DNA of 64,000 nt, taken from NCBI GenBank assembly GCA_964035545.1, contig OZ037765.1, positions 6,148,698 through 6,212,697 on the forward strand, in the 5' to 3' direction. The stretch's first letter is position 1, and every line of letters starts with the position of its first letter. Source of the stretch: Bugula neritina (lineage: Eukaryota > Animalia > Bryozoa). Below are positions 1 through 12,022 of this stretch, in pieces. A program made the position numbers and the translations under genes. Below the pieces are notes generated by a model, which worked only from the letters and a program-made list of their open reading frames with translations, was not told the DNA's origin and did not search any database.

Positions 1-699
1 ACATCTAAATATTTACGTGAATAAATCATGATTATGAATAACCTTATTAAAAATTGTTTCCATTTAAAAACAAGTACACACAAAATTAAAATAATTAATA
101 TTAGACAATTACGATAGTATTGACTGCTTTCCTAGTTATAAGAAAACTTTATTGCCAAATTTCAATTTATAAACTTTAGTAAAAGCATTGAATGTAATCA
201 GAGTCTGAGTTTACTTCTGGTTTTAATAAATACTAACTGCTAATACAGTAACTGCAAGTGCAACACTAAAAAGAAAGGCTAAGGCCAAAGAGTAAGTGTA
301 ATACTAAAAGTAATTGACATATATGATCATGTTGATATTGGTATTCATAAAATGATATACGTTTACAATGACATAAACTTGAAGTTAAAGTACAACTAAA
401 GAGTAAAAATAATAAATAATAATATCAATAAAGGTTTGATATTATTGATAATAATATCAATAATATTATGTTTTTATTAATAGTGTTACTAATAAAAATT
501 CCAACTTGAACCAAAATTGAAATTTAATTGTATTTCAATTAGTAACAAATTTTAAAATAAAAATTAAATAAAAGTTTGTTCGCTCGGTCTGAGTTTCAGT
601 TTCACTCTCCAGTTTCTGTGTCACTTCGATACTCATAATTATAATATTAATTTATAAGCACACTCACACTGCTACTAGTACTTCTAGTTCTTGTGCCAG

Positions 700-1060
700 T
701 AAATCACTAAATGTAATAGTAATACTAAATCTAATAGTACTAGTAGTAATACTAGTCACTAGTAGTAGTAGTAGCACTAATAGTAATAGTAATACTTTTA
801 TGTCCATTCAACATTTAAAATTTTAAACATTTTTAGATCTACACATACTAACAGTAACAGTGACATAGTGATAGTTGGAAGATATTCATATTGATATTCA
901 TATTGTGTTTTTTGGAAAATCGAACTATTACTATTAGTATAAGTATTACTATAACTATTACTATTAGTATTAGTATTAGTATTAGTATTACTATTAGTAT
1001 TACTATTAGTATTATACAAACTCAAAGTAATAGTGGTACAACTAGTAGTACTATTCTAAC
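700..1060. repeat. Degenerate (TAGTAT/TAGTAA/TACTAT)n low-complexity repeat
   Basis: Directly visible, e.g. ctattagtattagtattagtattagtattactattagt; explains spurious ORFs 798-1025 and 891-1076. Confidence 0.85.
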
Positions 1061-1224
1061 TCTAAGAGTAAGTTGAATGCCACCAACACCAAACTGAAAG
1101 TAAAACATATACTATAATTTGATATTGGTAATAAATAAATAATCCTAATGTTTAGTAAATTAGTAATTGTAAACAAAAGCCAGAGACAAATGTGCATAAA
1201 CAGGAAATTGTACAACATTGCATG

Positions 1225-1660
1225 CATGCGGGCATGCGTAGAGGTTTGCTCTACTATGGTAGTTTGTTAGGAGAAATATAGTCAACTGTAATCAACGTGG
1301 ACAACGATTCTCCAAACTTTTATTATTGGTCAGAAGTGCATTTCTGTTTTACACAAAGCCAATGAATATAGAGTTAGGGTAACCATCGTGCGCGATGTAT
1401 CCAATTATCTATCGCTACACACGTGTTTCGTACCCGCTTGGTAGCACGCTTATATTGATACTATGTGATAATATTATATTCCACGATCACAAATGTAATG
1501 TTTGTAAATTCGCGTGGCCATTCAGGGTCTGCTCTTCTGGATATCTGGTGTGCTACAAATTTTTACAACGCAACTTCTATTCAATAGGGGATACATTTAA
1601 TTTTCAATGCATGATCGTTCACAGACATATTTACAGTAATACGTTAAGGTAAAGGAGCAT
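1225..1660 (+). promoter_or_regulatory. CpG-richer island, probable promoter/first non-coding exon of the M-Ras gene
   Basis: About 20 CpGs in ~430 bp against a CpG-poor background, CCAAT near 1359, possible donor AAG|GTAAAG at 1649. Downstream candidate UTR exons: 2295-2430 (TTTTAG|...GAG|GTAAGT) and an acceptor at 3737. Promoter role is inferred. Confidence 0.45.
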
Positions 1661-1704
1661 AGCTGCAATGTAGTTGTACTCTTAGTTTTAAGTTGGTTTT
1701 ACAT

Positions 1705-1802
1705 TTAGTATTAGTATTACTATTAGTATTACTATTACTATTAGTATTACTATTAGTATAAAGTATTACTATCAGTATTACTATTAGTATTAGTATTAGT
1801 AA
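1705..1802. repeat. (TATTAG/TATTAC)n hexamer repeat
   Basis: Directly visible tandem hexamers, same family as 700-1060. Confidence 0.85.
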
Positions 1803-3774
1803 GTCTTAGTGATAGAGGTAGGCTTGAAGTTCAAGTTCAAGTCAACTTCGATGGCACCACACAGTGACAGTATGAGTATGCTAGTGGAATTAAATTTTAG
1901 GTAATATCAATATTCAATATGAATGTCAGTGCTGGTATTAATTTACTCATTTTGACATTTAATAGGTATAATTATAATACATTTTTCATATGATTTCCGT
2001 TGTTAGCTTTTTCTAGCTATGTCTATATGAGTATATGATTAAATTATAAGTGTGAATGTAAATTTTGTAAACATTAACATCACTATAAATATAAGCATAT
2101 TAATATATACTTGTAGTCTATAACTATTGTTATAAAATTAGGTATGTGACAGAAAAAAGCTGCGTGGCAGTAGCACCAGTAATTGGTTTGGAAAAATTTG
2201 CTTTCTGCCAATCAAAATCAAACAAGTTGAAATGTTACCTTTGTTTTTTTTCAACATCTCTTAACCCAACTGATTATTTCTTCTTATCTTTTAGTTCTGA
2301 GTTTTCATTGGAATAAATTCCCAATAGATCCATCAATCCAAACTTTGGTGTAGGAAACAATCTTGGTCTATCAACTCAGTAACTCAAAGTCTCAGTATCT
2401 GGAATAAAAGGCATAGGCCTTGACTTTGAGGTAAGTAATGTTTTAACAAATTAGCAACAATTGATAAAAGCAGTAATTCTGCTTACACTGTGTGAAGACT
2501 ATGAATCACAATGACAACTCATTTTATTATCTGATTTTATATTAATTGTAGTTTGAAATAAATTATGAAGTAGCACTTCATAATATTGGTAATTCATAGC
2601 TTTACAGTCTATACCACACTTCTTAATATTTATATTGTGCAAGCTTTAAATAAAGTATAGACATTAACACGACATATCTCTATTCAAATCACATAAATTG
2701 GGGGTTTAGTGGCCATAATGCAGATGTTGTGTTTAAGATAGTATCGTCCAGGGATACCAACATTCCTCTGCACTGGTCTGCCTGCAAAGTGGCGTCCAAC
2801 AGCTTCATAACACAATGATTCAGTTACAAATTTATGAGCTTTTACACAAACATACAACATTATTGGTGGATGTACTACAGTACTACAGTACCATTATAGC
2901 AGCTCACCACTAGCAAATAGGTTTCAATCAGAATCTGGAGCTTAAAGACTTAGCTGCCCAGGCACCCCTGGTCTAGTCATAATTGCTTACATAAATGTAA
3001 AAACCTGTCAATAAGCAATAATAATTATTATTTTAATGTGTTTCTCTTAATTTTGAAAAATTGATTTTCTCAATTGCCTATTTAGCCACCCTTTTCAGCA
3101 TGGAGTCTGATGGCTTCTTTTGCAATATAACACACATAGATTTGTAAAGACTTATTTCCTTATAGCGGTCAGTTCCTCGTAGCATATTTAAAGCATGATC
3201 TATAGTGTAAAACTCCATATACTGATGGTATAAACTTCAGATTCATTTGCAGTTCCCGAATAGTCTCACGTTTCTGTAGTAAACTCATACCGTGTATCAC
3301 ATAAGTGGTTTTGATAGTATTGCTAGATTATGCTCATCTTTACAGTTGTTTCTTGGTATTGGTTACAATTCACTTTAGAAATCATGTTAATGCATAGGGT
3401 TTGTTGACATAGTACTCAACATATCAAAATCTGCATTCCATTAGCTTTTGTAGACATTACGATTATGTCTATAAGTAGGTTTGCCATCCCTTTCAACAAA
3501 ACACATTTTACTATATAATTATTACTCTTGAATTCATCCAATGAAAGTCATTAGAAAGCATGCAAGAGATGAATTCAAGAATGTTGAAATGGTGGTTAAA
3601 AGTTTATATCTTGCTCGCATTTGGTTTACTCATCTCAGATTTAAATTAAGTTTGAAATGAAATATAATCATCATCATAATTAAAAAGTCAACTGTTCACA
3701 TATTCACTTCAAACAGTGATTTCATTTGTTTTTGCAGTGTAAACAGATTATTCAAAGTTGCTTGGTTCCTCATT

Positions 3775-6700
3775 ATGAAGACAAACTCTCTCAACAACAA
3801 CTCATCGATGAAGACTCCAACCGAAGAGCTCACTCAATACAAACTCGTTGTAGTTGGAGATGGAGGGGTTGGAAAATCCGCCCTCACCATTCAGGTTAAT
3901 TCTAAGTATTATCATAGATATAGTCTTAAGCTATATTTTGTCATTTTTATTATTTGTGGTTTTCAAAGAAACTAAGTTATTAGAATTGTACTTTATTTTC
4001 TTCTATGGGAGATCCATCTGCAAATTTTAACCTGTAAAACTTCAGTATTTATTACTGTAAGCTGTAACTACTTCTTAGGACTTAGGAGAAGATATCTGGC
4101 CATGTTCTGTATCCAGTCTGCTAACTCAGACTTGATATACTCGTACATGAAAGAAATTAGATTTCTGCATACTGCTTGTGGTTGGCAGGCTTTTACTGCT
4201 GATTAAGGTTTCCAATAGCAAAGCATAGGCCATATAGGCTGTAATGTGCTTTGAAATTATATTCTAAGCTAAATTAATCCTAAAATCTAAGTCTGCCGGA
4301 ATATTCTATTGCTGCTGCCAATTGATATCTACCATTAAAAGTGTAATTATTCAATTTGTTCAACGTGTCAGCTTTAGAACAGATTGTTATAACTTGCTCA
4401 TCGAAAACTACTGTGGTTGCTTCTAAATGCCTCGTATGAGGTTGATTTTGTTTATTAAAAGAAGCAGCAAAACTTTTAAATAAACTTTGGTTACTACATT
4501 ATTGCAGCTATTGTCTCACGTGTTTCTAGTATAGTAAATTTTACAAATAATTTGGTAGGTGTATAACCTAGTGTCGTTTATGAATTTATATATAACCTGG
4601 TACCACGATTTCCTTGATGGAATGTTTCAGGGATGGCATCACGGTTAAGAAGTTGTATTCACTTGCCTACCGGAAAGTTTTCCAGCTAAACTTTCAACAT
4701 ATTATATTACAAATATACTAAGCTAAAAAGTTTAGCCATGGGGTAGCTCTTTGTAAACTATTGAAGTAATATTATGCAATGGAATGCGAAGTCATTAAAT
4801 TGCTTTTGTCACGTTAATCAGTTTATTTTATCTCGGATCTGGTTTTGTTGTAGTATTTTCAAAAGATGTTTGTCAAAGACTATGATCCAACGATTGAGGA
4901 TAGTTATATGCAGCAGACTCAGATAGATGGACAGCAGTGCATTCTAGATGGTAGGAAACTAGTCTACAGTCCTTACACCATATATAGTCTAGATCTTCGC
5001 AGCCTATAGTCTAGTAAATTGGTTTTTAATTGAGTTTTCAGTGGTATTTTTGTTTTAAATTTGCAGCAAAGTTACTGCTTGCAGTCCCAAGTAGCTAAAT
5101 AAATTTCCTATAGCATCTAGATTCTAGGTTAACTGCTGCAAGTAAAACAGCATAGATTAGGTAAAACTTGTTGATAAACAACTTGATTGTGTTAGGAGCA
5201 GCTAACAAACTAACTTGTTACTTTAGCTGTGATATTATTAGTGTTTGTACTTGACCAGCAGCAAGCAGTGTGCTAGTGAGTTAGTCTAACAACCACATAA
5301 GTTTTCTATCAAACTTTTTGCTCATTTTAGCTTTTATATTATTTTTTAATACTTATTTTGGTTGAAAAACACAAAAGGGGATGTTTGGATTTCAGTTTTC
5401 AGAAAAACCTTTATAAAAAAACATATTAACAATTTAAAAGTCTTTTTCTATATTTCAACTTTTTCAAAGTACTGGGTAGTGATTTTACTTGGCTCATAAT
5501 AATGGGCTAGTAGTTCTAGTATAGCAACAGAGTTGAATTTCATTGTTCTATACAGAGGCAGATTGAATCCATTAGAATCTGTACAATTCATCCACAACAC
5601 GTGCTACTCATACATTTTGATGAAGCCATCCATGATGAAAACCAGTGGACTTCATGGCTTTGGGGCTTGTAGTAACACGTAATGGCAGTAGCACTATAAG
5701 CGTGATATTGAGCTAACAAACATATGCATAATATTATATTTCAAGTGATTTATGGCTTCTTGATAGTTAATTGTTTTTATACTCAACTTTGAATATCACC
5801 GAAGACAGTAATTGTGCATCTATTAGAAGCACCAAACCTCATACTATACTGGCTCAGGGGCTTCTTACTGTTGGACCACAGTTTAAATTAATTTATAGTC
5901 GGTACTTCCTTTTGCGGCTGTTAGCAGCTGGGCTCACATCTGATGGATGCTCTACCATTTTTATCCATTCAAAAGCTGAGTTATTGACAGGTTTAACTCA
6001 TGGTGATAAAATCTGTGTTGATAAAAGCCGTGCCAGAGTGTGACAGTAGTCTGTGTTCAAAGTGATCAGACAATTTGCTGCTGTCTGACATTTTCTGCAG
6101 CCCTCTGTAAATAGTATAAATGTCGTGGTAGCATCCTATAGAATCTCTACCTGTCCAAATCCATGTAAACAATTGTTGGGCTCAATCAAGGCCTTTGTTT
6201 TGAGTTGATTAGCCCTGCAGCTACTAAACAAACACTACCTGTGCTTATACTGTCTCTTGTTATCAAACAATGAAGGTTGTTACTGCTCATCTTACATTGT
6301 TTACTTTGGATTTAGATGGTTCTATGCACATAAATAAACTACTTACAATTTATTAGCCACCCACCTTTTTTCACTGCATCTAAAATGGATAGAGATAGTC
6401 AACTTTGTCTTTTTTACTCTCTCAGTTAATTAGGCCTACGGTTTCGGACTAAAACAGTGCAATGTGTACCCAAAACCTTTAAAGAGTAGAGCAAAAATAA
6501 TTTTCATTCAAACAGCTCATTTGTGTATAAAACAGCAAACTTTTATCCCATTTCTAAATGATCTAAAATTAGACGTTTATATTTTAAAATGAATAACACA
6601 AAGTGGAAGTAGTGTCAATATTAATAGCTACATATGCTGGTAGTTACAGAGTTTCCACTGCCCTCTAGTCTACCCAGAGGTGTATTATGGCAGCTACTGA

Positions 6701-9700
6701 CACCAGGCAGTTCAGTTTATTTATCTCAGCAATTCTAAAATTAAAGTTTTCCATCGATTTGAGCTGTCAATCAGTTAAAGTAATATAAAGCAGCTTGCAA
6801 GTTATACTATTATAGCTGACAAAGTAACCAATACCAGAATATCTATCAGGAAAATCAATTATATTTAACCTCTAATGCGGTTTACATTCTCCCATTTCAC
6901 ATACTCTAGAAAAGCATCTCGCATAGCCAGTCTCTCCTACTTTGTCTACTGTGATGCCCTCCTACAGTGCAGCTGTTATATAATACTGGCATGGCAACAC
7001 TATAGATCTACTCCATCTATGTGTTGTAGTATTTGGTGAACCCCCACCTAAAAGGGCCGTAGCCAGTATAAAATTACTTTGATATTTGGTACACATTATA
7101 TGTCCTGTTACTCACTCTATGTCTCATCTTCATCTCTTACCTTTGTAACAACCCGTCTCACCGCCACCATAACTCTAACTTCCCACCCAGCAGATGAACA
7201 TAAAGGCAGATTTACTACTACTATCAACTCTTTGTATTTAAACAGAACCAAAGAAGGGAGACTTCAGATTGTTCAGATAATGTGTATTACTTTAGTTATA
7301 TTGTTTGTAGCTTCTAATCAGTTTTATTCATCATATTTCTGTTGATAGAGTTCATTTGTTAACTTTTTTGATCATGACAGCAATAATAATTTACCATTTT
7401 TATACTGGTACAAGTATAACCATTCTGAGTTGGGTCCACCAGCTGCATCCTGCGTTGTATATGCTGTATAATATAAGGTGTACAACTTCTAGGCTTTACA
7501 CAGAGTTTTATCTTAACAAATGCTAAAATTATACCTAAAAAATAGATATTCATGTTGTCACATTACTGCCCTGTTGGCCCTAGTGAGTGCTAAAATGATC
7601 TCACTAGCTGGTACAGTAGTCAGTCTGGGTCTAGTCCAAAACTATGATGGGAGAAAAACATTTTAATTTTGTTGGATATTTCCTTTGGTGGCTGGTCCAT
7701 TTGAACAGCTGCAGTTTAGCTTGCCGACCTATCAAAGGATATTACATTCAGTGTTAACTTCATGATCTAAAATGATAATTAATATTTTTTTGTAATAAAA
7801 TATGCCTAACTTCACACAGGAATTTGCTCCTTCTATAATTATGCGCAGCTTTGTGGTCCGCAATCAATTGCTCTGAAGCCAATTCTCAAGGCTAGCCGGA
7901 AATGTCGAAACTGATAGTTATCACTAAATTTATCTGTTCAGTTATTGAATCAGAATGTGTATCACCTATCATATCCTGTCACAATATGTAAATATTGTGT
8001 AGATATTAAAATATGATGCTGTACTACAGCTGCTTAATTTCAGCTGCTATTCCCCCAGTGGCTACATTCATAGTGAAAGTTTTCAATGGTTTCTATGGTA
8101 GTTTGACTTCTTTGAAATTTATCATTTCCTTGGAGCTTTTGTTCTCAGTTTGAAAATCTTGGTTTTTTGTAAGACTCGTCAGCTAGATGTACAGCAGTAG
8201 TCCTGAAAGCTCTTCACTTATTGCATTTCTGTACTCTGGAATTTTGATAAGCAGGAGTAACCAGTACATCCGCTGTTTGTTAATCAATGAGTTCAGGTTC
8301 CACTAAACTGCACCTTCATTCATTTTCTACTGGGTTTTTGTTTTTATTTAAGCAGTGCATACCATATAATTACTTATAATCAATCGGGCATGTAGACCTG
8401 CTTGGGGTACACTACTGAAGTCAAATTATGAACTGCTTGGATAAAGAATTCTTCACGAAGGTGTGAAACTGATGTGCATGCCTTTCATTAACAATCACAT
8501 TGTTATAATATGTTGGCAAATATCTCATTTCATTGCATATGCTTCAATGAATGAATCAACTCAAATTCTTATTAACTTTTTATTGCATAATATCACAAGT
8601 TTCGCAACTATAGGGCTATAATAAAGTATCTGTGACAGCGGGAATGCTACTTTATTACACAACCAAACTTCAAGTATTCCTTTCGACTTATTCAATATGT
8701 GTTTGTACCAGACAAATAACCTCTAAGTTTCAATGTTGTTAATTCAATACGCTGCTATTGTTTTACTGTCTAATTACTGTATAGGTTGTCAACTTTGAAC
8801 AGTATTTTTGACCAGATATGTGATATATTCAAATATATGAGATACAGTTTGTGTTTCTGCCATAACAAACATTCACATGTATTTCTAACACCTCCAGCAG
8901 CTGAAACTGCTGAGGAAGGCACTCAACATTTGTAAATAACCAGGTATTATATTTCAAAGTTGTTTGAAAATGTTGTGCTGAAGTAATTGCATTTATATAA
9001 TAACACGATATAATTGGATTAAGATGTTGTTTCATTACGAACTCTGTATTTTGATATCCACACATGAGAATGTAATATCACCACCAATTAGCTTCTTCTA
9101 AACAGCTTTTGTGTCTTTCAGTGGTCTATTGATGCTCATCAATTTGAATGAATACAACTCTGTTTGTTTTTCATTTCTTATTCAACAGTCAATTCTTTTA
9201 TTACTTAGTGACTATATAATTTGGAGTTGAATTGCATTCATTGCCTTTTATTGTTCATTCAGAATGATTTTCATAGCCTTAGGATTTTGTTAGTCCACTT
9301 TCTTGGTGGAGGTTCCTTCAAAAGACCAGCCTACATTAGCTACACTAAAAGCCTTTGACCCTCAAATACTTTTAAAACTGCACCTAAATTACAAGTTTAA
9401 GGAATGTGCAGTCGTTTCAAAGTTAATATTATGCAACATGTCTCAGTTTTCTCTCACCATCATCTTCTATTGGATGCCTCCGCATTTCCTATACTTGTGC
9501 TTTTTAGCACTATTAAACATGTCAACATACCAGCTTAGTCAGTGTTTTGAAAGTGTTTAATGCTTACAAGTCTATAAAAAAAGTTCAAATTGTGGTTCAA
9601 AAGTTGTTATGTAGTCTCACATGGGACTGCACTTCCTTTTTATACTACAAAGGCGCTGCCGCTTAATTCCTGGTCTTCCCATTTTATGTTTATAATTCCA

Positions 9701-12022
9701 ATAAACATTTCTTCACTTACAACGCAAGCAGGAACCTGTTTTTAAAAAATGCTTACACCTTTGCATTAGTAAAATATTTTCTCCAACAATCAATCACACA
9801 TTAATTCTAAGTGTTTGAATTACTTTATAGAAAATATTTAATCTACACATCTTTGCTCTGCTATTGTTAACATCTTTCTTTGATCTTTCACATATTTTAA
9901 TTTCCGACTACTTCTTTTATTTCATTTAGAATGAAGTATTGCATTACACTACATGATTCATAGTATTAATTTTTTGACTGGAGTAGAAAAATTTACTCAC
10001 CATACTAAATGCCTTTACAACATCTATTTTATTTCAATGAAATGATGAAAACTAGATTAATTGATATAGCAGATAAATAAGAAGTTCAGAATTTTATCCT
10101 GAAAACTGTTAATCTATTTACAGGCTTACAAGTTAGAGAGAAAGAACATGTAGCCTTAAAAAATAGACTATTGTTTTTGTTTCTAAATGACCCCAAAGTA
10201 CTGTTTTGTTTGAAAAACACTTTCTGTCTTCTATGGTTGCCAACAGCAACATGCTCTGAGTGCATGTCTAATATTAGCCATTTATGAAGGTTTACCAAGG
10301 TTTTCAACTTTATTATTCAACTTTAAAGTGTCAATTTAATTGCATTGTGTGTGCTGGTATAGTTCTAGACACTGCTGGTCAAGAGGAATTCTCCGCCATG
10401 AGAGAACATTCTATGCGAAAGGGAGACGGCTTCCTATTGGTCTATTCCGTCATAGACTATAACAGCTTCGAGAGCGTCGCCAAGTTTTATAAACAGATTC
10501 TGCGGGTAAAAGACAGGTCAGTTACGTCTCCATTTAGGTGCAATAGTGGAGAAATTTTATCATTGAATTTTCGTTTATGATTGAAAGTTTTTCTTCTACA
10601 TTTTTAATCTATAGCACAGGCTTTTCCCAATTTCTCCATTACTGCATTACTGGTTACAGCTCTTAGTCAAAACTGGAAACATTATCAATCCTGATGTAGA
10701 TCTCATATTCATTGGTGACTTATCTCTGTGTAACATTCTGTTACTCTCCTTTTGAATAAATGAATATTGTGTATTCCAAATTTACATGAAACTGGAAACA
10801 CGATTTTGACTTTGTTCACATTTCCGTAGCAACACAACATGTGTTTGTTGGTGAGGAATTTAGTTGCTAAGCAACTGGCATACACAGACTTCCACTGTAC
10901 TAGTATCATGGCGACTAAGAAATAGTATATCTGCATAACAACAGAGTTTTAAACAAAAGAAAATGGCAGTAATTTGCTGACTAACCAACCAATTTCAGCT
11001 TACTAAATCATCATATAATGAGACTATTTTCTGTGTTGCAAAAATTTCTTGGAATTGTTCTATTCGCAATATTTGCTCATTAAAATACATGGCTTTTTCA
11101 GATTGACTATATATTTTACTGATGAAATATTGTCAATGTTATTGCAGAGATGAATACCCAATGATACTTATAGCAAACAAAATAGACTTGACAGCCGAGA
11201 GAGTGATATCACAGGGGGATGGGCTCAACCTTGCTAACAAGTTAGGGGTAAGCAACTCTTATTTAATCCTGATAACAGCTACATGAAAAGTCATATAGTT
11301 TTGTCTGTTTGTCTATGATTTAGTGTTACAGTTTAAATGGAATATTTCAGTAAATTCCAACTTTCTTCTTGCTGGCAAATCTGCTTAATTGGTTAAAGTG
11401 CTAAAATTAAAGTAATGCAAGTTATGTAACAATGAAATTATTGCCATTTATGTGAGGAAATGCTAGTAATTAATACGGCTTCTGGAACATATAATCACAT
11501 TTTGCTCTGCTTGTTGCAGATTCCTTATATAGAGACCAGTGCTAAGGATCCTCCAGTGAATGTTGATGAATCATTTGAAGCTCTAGTTCGAGTAATCAGG
11601 TACAGCAGCGCACCTTTTATACTTGGTGCTTCTAGTAAATTACATTACCTGTAAATATTCTGTCTGCCAGTTGTTATGTGAGCTGCTATGGCTAACATAC
11701 TCACTAGTTTATTTTCTATCATAAGTAAAGTCTTTGTTGACCATTTTCTCCCTCATTACAAAGTTACTTGGCAATGACAAAATTACTAGAAGTATGTTGA
11801 AAGGTTGAACACAATAAATAATTGTTGTGCTCAGCCTTTTTAATAATTTTTTACAAAAGATATATTTTTGTCTAAGTAAATACTTTTAAATATATTTTAA
11901 ATTTTTTTGGTTGAACTTTTAGATCCCAGCCACCTGCGTTTAATGATGCTGAAAAAAGGAGGATCAAAAGGTTATCAGAACTGGAAAAGAAGAAAAAGTT
12001 GAAGAAATGCTGCGTACAATAA
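3775..12022 (+). CDS. MRAS: Ras-related protein M-Ras-like small GTPase (6 coding exons)
   Basis: Exons 3775-3894, 4854-4950, 10363-10516, 11148-11247, 11520-11599, 11923-12022, all GT-AG and phase-compatible. G1 GDGGVGKS, switch [11 protein letters not shown]3 DTAGQEEF, G4 NKID, G5 [12 protein letters not shown] (the DPP insert is characteristic of M-Ras), polybasic tail and CaaX CCVQ. Confidence 0.92.
8900..9760 (-). pseudogene. Decayed D5/P4-primase-type superfamily 3 helicase (candidate endogenous viral or Polinton-like remnant)
   Basis: Manual minus-strand translation across stops and frameshifts gives, in the expected order: KNRFLLA..GIINIK/GKTR..DY (9745-9610, D5_N-like), a degenerate Walker A FEGTST-RKWT (9325-9290), [12 protein letters not shown] (9170-9135, Walker B), [10 protein letters not shown] (9097-9068), PIISC (motif C-like) and IFKQL*NIIP. 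Confidence 0.5.
10537..10647 (+). mobile_element. MITE family H copy (PIF/Harbinger, Tourist-like), shortened
   Basis: TTA|GGTGCAATAGTGGAGAAATT ... AATTTCTCCATTACTGCAT terminal inverted repeats; similar to copies at 41713, 50850 and 52092. Confidence 0.6.

Noticed and set aside
798-1076. NTNS/ISIT ORFs and a possible telomeric repeat
   Set aside because: Hexamer low-complexity sequence; too heterogeneous and not TTAGGG or TTAGG.
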